Positions 51,570 through 61,042 of a stretch of DNA of 64,000 nucleotides are shown piece after piece (the stretch's first letter is position 1; the number at the start of each line of letters is the position of its first letter). The notes under the pieces were generated by a model that ran no database searches, was not told the origin of the DNA, and saw nothing but the letters and a program-made list of their open reading frames with translations. The DNA comes from Candidatus Latescibacterota bacterium. GTDB taxonomy: Bacteria > Latescibacterota > UBA2968 > UBA8231. The stretch covers positions 1,760,001 through 1,824,000 of the forward strand of contig CBDFJF010000002.1 of NCBI GenBank assembly GCA_965248265.1, in the 5' to 3' direction. Position numbers and translations under genes: made by a program.

Positions 51570-52730
51570 CGCTGAGCTGCTCAAGCTCGGCGGCTACCAG
51601 ACGGTTGCGGGCATCCACCCGGTCGTATTGCTCGAAGGCCCGCTGGGCGGCATATTCGGCTTCCTCGAGTTGTCGTTGCAGTGCCTGACGCTCGTGCGAG
51701 TCCTGTTGCGAGCGGGCCTCGATCGCTTCCACGCTGGCGGCCATGCCCAGCGGCGTGATCACCTTCAACAGTTCCTCCGAAAACCGCCGATCCACCGTGC
51801 TCCCACCGAAGGCAAGGCAGTAGCTACCGCCGCTGTCGTAGTCGCCTTTGCAGGCGTAGCGCGCCGCCGTCCCGGCACGCCCCAGTAGCGCATGTGCAAC
51901 TTTCGTCCGCAGTGCCCACAGCGGAGCAGACGGGTGAGCAGGCCTTGCCCCGAGCGCACCGCGGCCACGGAAGCGTCCGGGTCGATCTTCAGGTTGTTAC
52001 CGCGCATGTGCCGCAGATTCTCCTCAAACTCCGACCAACTGATGTAACCCTCATGGTGCTCGGGGATGAAAACCTTGCACTCTTCTGCCGGGCGCACAGC
52101 GCCGCATCGGCGCACGAGGTTGCCGTCCTCCAGCTTGACCTCGGAAGGACGCTGGCCCCACACATAGGCGCCGGCGTAAAACGGGTTATGCAGGACGTTG
52201 GACACAAACGAGTGGGACGGCAACTGCCAGACGATCTGCATCCCTTCCCGCCGGCTCTTGTTCACCGGCAATTCGACGCCGTGGCTGTGAAACCACAGAA
52301 ACGTCTGCCGTACGCTGCGCGCCTCTCGAAAGATACGGAAGATCAAGCCGATGGCTTCCCGGACGCGCGTGTCCGGGTCTTTGACCGCCCGGCCCTGACC
52401 GTCGCGAACGTACCCGGGCGGTAGCAGTCGAAGCAGCTCCCCGCGAGCGATACCTCGCGACTCAACACCAGGCCTACCTCTCCCAGGGCGATCGAAGCGA
52501 TCAAGCTCTGGAAGCCTTCGCGTTGCCTGGCCCCGATAGACGCACTCGACCCCAGGTCCGTGTCGATGACCTCCACGCGCTCGAATCCCAACGCACGGGC
52601 TCTGTCGACCAGCGCATACTGCAGACGCTGACTCTCCGTGTTCGTCCTGACCTGCTGGTCGGAGGACTGCCGAAGGTAGACGATCGCCTTACGGCTCAGA
52701 TGCAGGTCGGTGATTTTGTTACTGCGAACC
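51570..52730 (-). mobile_element. Decayed large serine recombinase element
   Basis: KITDLHLSRKAIVYLRQS, NPFYAG, EHHEGYISW, CGHCG, VDARNRLVAAELE; deletion near 52450, frameshift near 51880, 3' truncation. Confidence 0.88.
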
Positions 52731-52792
52731 TTCGAGCTGTCCCACGGCCGTAGGCACCATGGGCTCCTGGGGGCGCTGCGCTCGACTTTACC

Positions 52793-52821
52793 TTGAATCT
52801 CCGGATATATTTGCATATAAT
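52793..52821 (+). promoter_or_regulatory. Sigma70 promoter of the gene at 53086
   Basis: TTGAAT-17bp-TATAAT. Confidence 0.75.
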
Positions 52822-52892
52822 GAAGGTTATAATTTCCATAACTGTATGATTCAATAGAGAGAGACGAACGCAGGTCATTCATCCACAAAGAC

Positions 52893-53035
52893 CGTAAGTT
52901 ATTTATTTACAGCGACTAATAAAGCAGTGGTTAGAGCCAGTTTTGCGCAAAATCACCAGCTCCCGTTTTCTCTCGCTCGCTGAGGGCTGAAAGGAGGTGT
53001 TCAAGGGAAGGGCCTCGCATTTCAGAATCAACGCA
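52893..53035 (+). promoter_or_regulatory. Conserved 5' leader blocks, copy B
   Basis: Same two blocks as 18936-19017. Confidence 0.65.
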
Positions 53036-53085
53036 GTAAGAGAAGTCATTTCTACAGATGACATCAGATGAAAGGAGAACCAACC

Positions 53086-54000
53086 GTGAAGAGGATTATC
53101 ATCATAGCTGCCGTTGTGGGCCTCGTTCTCGCCACCTTCACGGCGAGTTCGGCCCACCTGCGGACAGACCGGAACTGGGCGGCGGTGGAGGTGCCCATCG
53201 GCGTCAATGGAATCAGGCCTGTCCAGATGGACGGTGATATCAGCGAATGGGACAACATACCGTCTGTCTTCTGGGTAACCCAGGATGACCTCATCGAGGT
53301 CGCCAGGGGCGGACCAGACCCGGATGCGGCCAATCTCGCCGAGCGCATCATCTTCGGCTGGAGTTCAGAGACCAACCTTGTGTACTTCATGGAGGATAGG
53401 TTCGACGACCTCTGGTACGCAACCCAAGATGGCACCCACGAAACTGTCGAAATTGCGTTCGATGCCGACCACAGCGCCGAAGCAGCGTACGTGGACGTGG
53501 GAAGTGAAGGACTGGATCCGGAACGATGGGAGGGGGCCACCGCGCAGAACATTCGCTACCAGCTCTTTAAGGGGGAAGGATCAGAAATTTGGTTATGGGG
53601 CGGCGGACAATGGGCTGCTGTAGAGCCTTATTCCGGCGTCAGATGGAGCGTCGACGGCGAGGCCGGTGGCTCCGCTTCCCTCCAAGTGGAGATGTGGTTC
53701 ACCCCGTTCGACGACCTGCCTGCCAGTTCGACTGGTCCTGACGATCCCGACCTGATAGTGCACACCCTGCAGGAAGGCGATATCGTGGGCATCGGCTTCG
53801 CCGTTCAGGACGATGACAATGGCCCAGGCAGCGCGTACAGCGGCTACTGGACCAACAGCGGTGACATCGAGCTCTACTTCAGAGCCACGTCCTTGGTAGA
53901 CTACACCCTACTCGGCTTGGACCGGAACATCTGGGTGTCGGACGCGACCGCCGTCGAGGCAGATGCCTGGGGCCGCATCAAAGCGAGCTTCTCCAACTAG
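53086..54000 (+). CDS. Secreted acidic CBM9/DOMON-like protein with a WGRIK tail; paralogue of 19100
   Basis: AAAGGAG SD, signal peptide, MDGDISEW, ends TAVEADAWGRIKASFSN. Confidence 0.75.
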   Translation: MKRIIIIAAVVGLVLATFTASSAHLRTDRNWAAVEVPIGVNGIRPVQMDGDISEWDNIPSVFWVTQDDLIEVARGGPDPDAANLAERIIFGWSSETNLVYFMEDRFDDLWYATQDGTHETVEIAFDADHSAEAAYVDVGSEGLDPERWEGATAQNIRYQLFKGEGSEIWLWGGGQWAAVEPYSGVRWSVDGEAGGSASLQVEMWFTPFDDLPASSTGPDDPDLIVHTLQEGDIVGIGFAVQDDDNGPGSAYSGYWTNSGDIELYFRATSLVDYTLLGLDRNIWVSDATAVEADAWGRIKASFSN

Positions 54001-54041
54001 GGAGAAAGATCGGCTGTAAGGAGCCAAAACGGCTGTTGTTG

Positions 54042-54087
54042 AAGGGGGGCGAGATCGTCGTTGATCCTCCTCGCCCCCCTTTTCTTT
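54042..54087 (+). terminator. Intrinsic terminator
   Basis: GGGGGGCGAG/CTCGCCCCCC stem plus T-tract; homologous to 20039-20080. Confidence 0.85.
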
Positions 54088-54232
54088 GCCGGCGCCTAAC
54101 GGCGCTTCCGACAATGAGCAGGGCGCAAGCGCCTCGAGATACAGATTCGCCTGGCGGCGAATCTGCCAGAGTCCAGACAGATGGGTAAACGGACTGTAAG
54201 CTGACGAAGACGGACGAGGCCAGAGGCCCGGC

Positions 54233-55761
54233 TCACGCATTGGATGATGAGTTCGGCTTGGGCAACTCGATCCCGCTGATGTCTGGCGCCGCGGGATCGG
54301 GCTCGTACGGCACGAACTGGAACGCGTACAGGTCTGCGTCTCGCATCACAAACCGCAGTCGCACCGGCCTGGCCGACAGCGGTCGGACATCGCCGCCCAC
54401 TTCCCTCCACCGCACGATGCGACGCAGCGAATCGCAGAAGATGGACGGGCAATCGGCCAAAGCGTACCCCTTGATGGGTGTCCCTGCCGCGTCCTGAACC
54501 TCAACCTGGACTCCACCGGCGCCCGACGTCTCCACATTCAGCGCCAGATTGCCGCCTTGGAAGGTGATGGGCTTGGTCACGATCTCCCCGCCCGACAGAG
54601 GCGCGGTTGCCGACACAAAGCCATCCTGACGGAAGGTGTATCGCCGGACGCTGTTGGAGATGCCCTCCCAGTAGCCCTCGCACGCGTACATCGAGATCTC
54701 CCTGGGTGCGTCCTCCGTGGCTGACGGCGTCTCGACCATTCCCCAGAACACGTAGTTGTCCCCGTAGACCCAGCTTTCCCGCAGCCGCGGCCCCGGGCGG
54801 ATGAGCGCTTCGGGCCAGCGCTTGAAGCTGAGTCCGTCGCGGCTGGTCATAAACAGAGCGTCAGTGATGGCCGCGCCGTGCCGCTCATGGGCTTTGGACC
54901 GCGCCAGTCGCTCGTCCAGACCGGGCAGCTCGTAGAGCGGATCGGACCATTCGCGCTTTGTGTAACGCGCCGGGAAGCCCATGAAGATGTGCGGCGCGCG
55001 GTAATACGGGACGATCTGGTTGTTGTACAGTTGCTCTATGGGAGCGTCAGGATACGAGAGCCATCTCGGCTCTGGGAAGTGCAGAGGGTCGGGTGACGTG
55101 GCCGTCATGATGTCGCGAACGCCCTCTCTGACGCCACGGTGATACTCCCGATACTCTCGTCGAACGGGATCCCAGAACATCAGGTTCTGGGAATCGAACG
55201 TTCCCTGTGTGATCGCAGGCTGTTCGCCCATCAGTGAGAAGTGGAAGCCGTCACTGGACTTCATCAGGTACAACCCCTTGGACCCGGCCATCACGATCTT
55301 AAATCTCGCGTCCGGCGGACAGTCCGGATTATCATCCCTAAAGACGACTGTGTGCGCAGGCTCGCCGCTAACTTTGGCGACGGCATCCGGCGCTAGGACG
55401 ATGTTGTTGGCCTTGGACCCCGCGAACTCGAACAGGCCCAGTTCGGGCCGACGCCAGTGGATGCCGTCCTCGCTCTCGATGACGCATAGGCACGCGGGAT
55501 GATCGTCCAAGGCTTGGGCCGGCTCCCCGCCGTTCCGGTAGTGAAGGCCATGGTAATAGATGCGATGGCGTCCGCCGTCGCTGACGATGGATGGGTAGCC
55601 ACAGGCATTCCCTTCCCAACGCGCATTGGTCTCGAACACGATCTCCCGGCGTACCGGATGGTGAAGGGTCAGCCGCGCTCCGCCGGCCAGGGACTGGATG
55701 AGATGCTCTCCACCATGAGTTCCAGTCTCGAGCCGATGTTCACGGTCTCCTGTGCTGACAT
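54233..55761 (-). CDS. Close paralogue of the 40767 propeller protein, with a 1-nt frameshift near 55709
   Basis: Native start MSAQETVNIGSRLELMV is out of frame with the body of the gene. Confidence 0.8.
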
Positions 55762-55837
55762 GAGCAAGATCTCCGATTGGTGAGGGATGGCTTCCCTGTG
55801 TTCCTTCCGTCGCGCCGTCTTCGATCACATGCTCCTG

Positions 55838-58549
55838 CTAATCAAGACCGGCGTATACCGCGGCAAAGGCCACTTTGCCCGTCTCGGTCTCGTCATCTAT
55901 CGATCTTCTGGTCAATCTCATACCCATTTTGGTCACCAGGCGGTAACCCAGGTAGCTGGTGTCGTTCGTGAACTGGAGCGCTGTGACGAGCTCGGTGAAA
56001 TCGTCGAGCAGTCCCGCCTTGATCGCGGTCTCGGATTTGCGCAGCTGGTTGAAGATCGAGTACTCGACGCCGGCCTGGACGGAGGAGGAGGCGAGCACCG
56101 GCCATCGCGCCAGCAGGGAGAGCTGCACCGTGTCTTCCCTGCGCTTGGCATCGAATCTGCCCGGCGGAGACTCGAGCCTGAGCTCGTTCTTTATTCTCGG
56201 CATAAGATCGACATGGGCGATCTTGTGCTCGAGGTCCACCTTGTTGATGAGACCGAAGAAGGTGTAGTTCTCCCGCAGATCGGGCTGTCGTTGGTTTTGG
56301 TGCCAGCGATCATATTTGAGTTTACTCACGAAGTTCACATCCTCGATCGCCGTGTACTTGAAGCTCATGAACGTGGAGTTTATCCACGTGTCCCGAGCCG
56401 CCAGGGGATCGCCGGTTGGAAGGTTCCGCCGCTCGATCTCGCTCCACTGGCGAAGACCGTTCGGTATGGTGTCCTTGGCGATTCTCATGTTCTCGAAGAT
56501 CTTCAGCCTTCCGAGACCCGGGTAGTCCTGTTCCAGGACGAAGAGCATGTAGTGGGTCTTGTTTTCCCCCTCGCCGGCGATCAACTTCTCATCCGTTCGT
56601 CCGACGGTGAGCCTGATGCCGGGAAGCACGTTGACACCGCCGTAGATGTTGTATCCCTCGTGGTCCCTGGGGTAGGGGAAATCCGGTTCATCGTCGTTTT
56701 CGAACCGATCCACCCAGAGGTTGTTGTTCATGTCAATGCCGAACAGGTACTCCGGCCTGTCGGTTCCGTATCTCAAGAACGGCTCGTCGTAGTCCGGGAG
56801 GAGATTGCGAAGGTCCCTGGTGTCGTTCTGGTTGAAATCGGATATGAAGTCGAGGTTTTCGTCGTACCCGGGAAACACCTCGATGTCTATGTTTTGGAAT
56901 ATCCTCTGCCAGTCGGGAAATCTGTCCTGATCGTCGTTGTCGTCGACGAGCTCGTAGAAAAACCTGCCCTTGTCCGCGTAGTCTATGTTGGTCTCTCCCC
57001 TGGCCATTATGGCGCTGGTGTTGTAGTTGTGGGCCATGCTGTAGGCTTCGCCGAAGAAGAAGAACGGATGGGCGATCTTCGACAGATTCAACATCCAGCC
57101 GTCGCCTTCGTCAGAGGTCCCCAGGTGCTTGGTGTGCGCCCTGTTGGGGTACTTCCTGTAACTCACGCTGCGGTCCCATTCTCCGTACAGGTCGAATCCC
57201 CAGAGGCGGGTCGCCTCCAGCGTAAATCCGAATATTTCGGTGGCCGTCGGCAGACCATACGGAATCTTCAGGACTGTCAGGTTGGAGCCATCCTTGACGT
57301 TTTCATCGGCCCTGGCAGCCAGCAAGTAGACGTTGGCCAAATTCCTGTCGAACTGGCGGTTCGAGGTCATCTCGATTCTGTAGTCGTTGGCGACTACCAG
57401 CTCGACTGTCACCATTCTTATCTCTGACGGATCCGGGCCCGTGTACGTCCCCACCGAGAAGTCGTAGACCAGCTCGATCTGCTCGGAGCCGCTCGCCTCC
57501 CAGAACCCCGGCTGCTGAAAGCCGCCCCGGGGCGCGGGAATCAGCCCGACTTCGCTGGCCTGGACGGTCTCCCTCTCGAAACTCACATCCCCCGCTTCAT
57601 CGATCGTTTCGACGTCGGCCTCTATGATCATGTCCCACGAGAACAGATAGGTACCGCCTTCGTTGTCCCCTGGCGAGTCGTCCGAGAGTCGCACGAAGAC
57701 CCGGGTGACGTTCTCCGCGCTCTGACTGGAGACGATCGAACCGCTTCGCGGGCTGTCCTCGAAGGCGTCGAGGAGCTGAGAGGAGTTGTGGGCGTTCACG
57801 TAGTTGGCGCCGAGTTTGAGATAATCTCCAACCTGGGCCGTCGCGCGTCCGCCGGTCAGGGTCGTCGAGCTCGTCTGCTGGTTTACAGTGGGGCTTCGCG
57901 GGCCGGCGCCTCCGGGCGAACTGACTCGGGAAAGGAGCGCCGTGACCTCGTACTTGTCGGACTGATAGTCGATCTGGATGCCGTCGAACGCCGGCTTCGA
58001 GAAGGTCATCGGGGTCAGGGTCGACCGGATGTCCTCGCCCACGGTGACAGCCAGATAGTGCTGTCCCTTCTGGTCGGAGGCCACGACCAGATTGCTGAAC
58101 CAGGTACCGAACTTGTCGGTCTTGAACAGGTTGCTTCCCCCCTGCTGGGGCTGGGTCTGGCTCCAGTCGTAGATCAGCCATCCTCTGGTGATGAGCGAAC
58201 CGTAGATGTCGTAGAAGGAGTCCCCCTCGAGATTGGTCGTTACATAGCGAGTGTAGTGATCTCTCGCGTAGTTGCTGTATTCCCACTGCTTCCACTTATA
58301 TTCGCGAAACAGCTCCTGTGGGACGTACCACTTCTTGACCGCGGGGTCTAGAGCGCCGAACAGGACGCCGGGGCCTGTCGGCTCGAACGTGAGCTCGCCG
58401 CCGCGGCGAACCCCCGTTATCCGATCTCGATCGGGACCCTGGGCTTCCGAACGAGTACTGTACAGCAGGATCGCCGAGACGATCGTGCACCATATGGCCA
58501 GCGAACCGACCAGGCGCATCGCGGCTCTGATTGTATGACCGGTCATCAT
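55838..58549 (-). CDS. Large predicted outer-membrane beta-barrel with Asp/Asn-rich, putatively Ca-binding loops
   Basis: GGAGGAG SD, signal peptide, amphipathic strands, DDNDDQD/DENLD/DMNNN loops, ends AFAAVYAGLD. Confidence 0.65.
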   Translation of the reverse strand: MMTGHTIRAAMRLVGSLAIWCTIVSAILLYSTRSEAQGPDRDRITGVRRGGELTFEPTGPGVLFGALDPAVKKWYVPQELFREYKWKQWEYSNYARDHYTRYVTTNLEGDSFYDIYGSLITRGWLIYDWSQTQPQQGGSNLFKTDKFGTWFSNLVVASDQKGQHYLAVTVGEDIRSTLTPMTFSKPAFDGIQIDYQSDKYEVTALLSRVSSPGGAGPRSPTVNQQTSSTTLTGGRATAQVGDYLKLGANYVNAHNSSQLLDAFEDSPRSGSIVSSQSAENVTRVFVRLSDDSPGDNEGGTYLFSWDMIIEADVETIDEAGDVSFERETVQASEVGLIPAPRGGFQQPGFWEASGSEQIELVYDFSVGTYTGPDPSEIRMVTVELVVANDYRIEMTSNRQFDRNLANVYLLAARADENVKDGSNLTVLKIPYGLPTATEIFGFTLEATRLWGFDLYGEWDRSVSYRKYPNRAHTKHLGTSDEGDGWMLNLSKIAHPFFFFGEAYSMAHNYNTSAIMARGETNIDYADKGRFFYELVDDNDDQDRFPDWQRIFQNIDIEVFPGYDENLDFISDFNQNDTRDLRNLLPDYDEPFLRYGTDRPEYLFGIDMNNNLWVDRFENDDEPDFPYPRDHEGYNIYGGVNVLPGIRLTVGRTDEKLIAGEGENKTHYMLFVLEQDYPGLGRLKIFENMRIAKDTIPNGLRQWSEIERRNLPTGDPLAARDTWINSTFMSFKYTAIEDVNFVSKLKYDRWHQNQRQPDLRENYTFFGLINKVDLEHKIAHVDLMPRIKNELRLESPPGRFDAKRREDTVQLSLLARWPVLASSSVQAGVEYSIFNQLRKSETAIKAGLLDDFTELVTALQFTNDTSYLGYRLVTKMGMRLTRRSIDDETETGKVAFAAVYAGLD

Positions 58550-58585
58550 GTGACTCCTCCCTGCCTTTCGAGTAATTGCGAACAA

Positions 58586-60316
58586 TCAATAGACCAAAGG
58601 CACGATCGCAGTCTTGCTCTCCTTACGTGTATCTGCAGCGACTTCCACGCGCACGAGGTAGACTCCCGGCGATAGCATTTGTCCGTTGTCGTCCGCGCCG
58701 TCCCAGACTCTCTGATATCTTCCACTGATGTCGAGGTCGGAGTAGATCACCCTTCTGAGGCTGCCGGCGAGGTCGTAGACTTGTACCGACACCGGAGTAC
58801 CGCCTGTCAGGTAAGCGATGTCGTAAGTGACAATGGCTTGGTCGTTAACTCCATCGCCATTGGGCGTAAACGGAGCCGGGGCAACCTCGAGGAGGTGGAT
58901 AAGATTCTCAGCGATCAGGACCGTGACGGAAAGGTCATCTCCGCTGGCGAGGGGATCTGAAGCCGCATCTCCGGCGACGATCAATTGAGGCAGATCCTGC
59001 TCCCTCAAACTGTTGAAGACCTTACCGGCGAATACAGTGTTGTACTGCAGCGCTATGCTCTCGAATACCACTGTGAGGGTCCGGTCTCCTCTGATCGCGG
59101 GAAAACTTACCTGAACACCGCCTTCGATGTCTGTCTTTTCCCACTCGACATCGTCTCCGTCGATCTGTACCGAGCGGATCACATCCACCGGTGCCTGAGT
59201 CTCAATTTCGAGTCGATCGAACCCGCGACTGTTGAAGCTCTTGACGGTGTAGGTCAACTCGGTGTTACGCCCGACCGTGGCGCTCTGCGGCCATATCTCT
59301 CCCAGCAGCGAATCGGCCAGCGCTGGCGAGACCTCCACGGCGATCGAATCGACCGTCGCTGCCGAAAGGATGTCGCTGCCCTGGAACAGAACGCGAAACT
59401 GCCAGTACTGGCGGGGTGCAGGTGATACGATCTGTGTACGCACTCCGGCCGAATAGGGAGGAGACCATCCGCTCCACTCCAGGCTATCGCTCGGGTCCGG
59501 CGTGCGGCCACTTCGGGTGGATACGGTAGCAGATACCTTGGTAGGCTCTCCTATCGTCTCCTTTGCCCACGTTATGCCGCCGAAGACGGCGGGCCGATCC
59601 TCATCGAACACATTCGAAGTGTACGCAGCAGCAGATGCGAAACCTTCGCCGAAGATCTGAAACTCGTCGATCTCCCATGCCCCCCGTACTTCCTGCTGCA
59701 CCTGTATGTAACGCACGAACTGCAGCGGCACGTCTATGTCGACGACCGGGTCGCGATTGCGTTCGACTGTCCTGAAGAGTCTGAAATCGGGATTTCCGGC
59801 CTCGGTCGTCTGCTCCTCGCTGCCGTCGTTCAGCCACACTTTGTAACCCCTCAGGAAGAACTCCTCGAACCCCTGGCGGGGGAAAAATCTGATCCTGTTG
59901 ACTCCAAAACGCCCGCCCAGATCAAACCTGAATCGGACCCCTGTGGCCCTCGGGAGCTTGACTTCGAAGGCCGTGCTCTCGTTGTCCGCCATCTTGTTCA
60001 GCAAGGCAGGCAACTCAATCGGCTTGACTCCGAGAACGATGTGCGCATTCGGCGACGTTATTTCCCCCCCCTGTTTGATCACCTTCAGGGAAATATTGTC
60101 TTCAGGATCGTTCTGTGAAGGTTGAATGGAACCGGGATTGGTTTCGAAATCGATGATCGTTGTCTCGTTCTCGGAATACTCCTGATCCCAGGCGCGGGAA
60201 CCCGGGCCACCTCCGAAGACGATCGTCTCTCCATTGCCTGTCGCCGCAAGTCCGAGGAGAACGATAGACAAAACGGGCAGAGCCACTGCTCTATGAGGTG
60301 ATGTCCCGATTGTCAT
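58586..60316 (-). CDS. Secreted discoidin-like + FlgD ('FTPNGDG') protein
   Basis: DLGGRFGVNRIRF, WSGWSPPY, FTPNGDGVND, WDGADDNG...PGVY, ends VPLVY. Confidence 0.85.
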   Translation of the reverse strand: MTIGTSPHRAVALPVLSIVLLGLAATGNGETIVFGGGPGSRAWDQEYSENETTIIDFETNPGSIQPSQNDPEDNISLKVIKQGGEITSPNAHIVLGVKPIELPALLNKMADNESTAFEVKLPRATGVRFRFDLGGRFGVNRIRFFPRQGFEEFFLRGYKVWLNDGSEEQTTEAGNPDFRLFRTVERNRDPVVDIDVPLQFVRYIQVQQEVRGAWEIDEFQIFGEGFASAAAYTSNVFDEDRPAVFGGITWAKETIGEPTKVSATVSTRSGRTPDPSDSLEWSGWSPPYSAGVRTQIVSPAPRQYWQFRVLFQGSDILSAATVDSIAVEVSPALADSLLGEIWPQSATVGRNTELTYTVKSFNSRGFDRLEIETQAPVDVIRSVQIDGDDVEWEKTDIEGGVQVSFPAIRGDRTLTVVFESIALQYNTVFAGKVFNSLREQDLPQLIVAGDAASDPLASGDDLSVTVLIAENLIHLLEVAPAPFTPNGDGVNDQAIVTYDIAYLTGGTPVSVQVYDLAGSLRRVIYSDLDISGRYQRVWDGADDNGQMLSPGVYLVRVEVAADTRKESKTAIVPLVY

Positions 60317-60335
60317 TGCTAAGCACTGGCTCCTG

Positions 60336-61023
60336 TCAGTAGGCGACGTGCACCAATCGATGGACCGAGGTGTTCTTCTTGGATGTCGAATCCACATCCA
60401 GGTCGATGCGCATCAGATAGATTCCTGAACAGCACGCCGCCCTCACCAAGCGACTGGAAGGCCACTACAACTATTTCGGGGTGAACGGCAATGTCGGCAG
60501 CCTTGTCCGGCTCGTCGAGCACACGAAGCGCGCATGGTTTAAGTGGCTGAATCGCCGTAGCCAGCGAAGTCGCCTGAACTGGGAGCGATTCGAGGACCTG
60601 CTTCGGGATTACCCGCTCCCGCCACCCCGCCGCGTCGTACAGTTGTGGAGTGGTTAGAACCGCGAGCCATATCAGCAAAGGAGCCGGATGGTGGAAATCT
60701 CCAAGTCCGGATCTGGGGAGGGCCGGAGCTGGGCAACTGGCTCCGGCTATTCAACCCTCGCCCTGCCGAAGTCGCTGTCCGTGATCCCCATCCCGACGTA
60801 TCGGATAACGTCGCCGGTAAAATCGCCCAGTGCGTTGGGCCACTTCGTCGGTAGCTGTTTGGTCAGAACAGCGTTCCCAATGCTCCCTGGAATCGACGAC
60901 CACCTTGCCTGACTGCAGCGAATACCCCTCCTGTCCCCGGCACACGCCCGCCGCAAACAATGTCAACACGGAACAGACCAGGGCAGTTCTGATTGAGTTG
61001 AGAGAAAATGCCGCCGATCTCAT
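60336..61023 (-). pseudogene. Collapsed paralogue of the 61043 gene, reduced to three pieces around an intron remnant
   Basis: N-terminus 61023-60870, middle 60867-60756, C-terminus 60426-60336 (IYLMRIDLDVD...VHVAY*). Confidence 0.9.
60424..60755 (+). mobile_element. Group II intron 3' remnant (maturase tail, domains V and VI)
   Basis: EQHAALTKRLEGHYNYFG...WLNRRSQ...* (stop 60657); DV GAGCCGGATGGTGGAAATCTCCAAGTCCGGATCT; DVI hairpin ending TTCAAC. Confidence 0.92.
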
Positions 61024-61042
61024 GGCGTTCTCCTGACTAGCC

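Noticed and set aside
52810-52837. dif-like site (ATAA-6bp-TTAT), and a weaker one near 1410-1437
   Set aside because: The XerD arm matches TTATGTTAAAT poorly, and the 52.8-kb site is better explained as a -10 box.
54142-54165. Perfect 10-bp hairpin CAGATTCGCC/GGCGAATCTG as an ncRNA or REP
   Set aside because: Single copy in the window between convergent genes; at most a termination or stability hairpin.
55787-57427. Long ORFs 55787-57427, 49517-51028, 12097-13467 and 1720-3285
   Set aside because: They are antisense or alternate-frame shadows of well-supported genes in GC-rich DNA and have no recognisable motifs.
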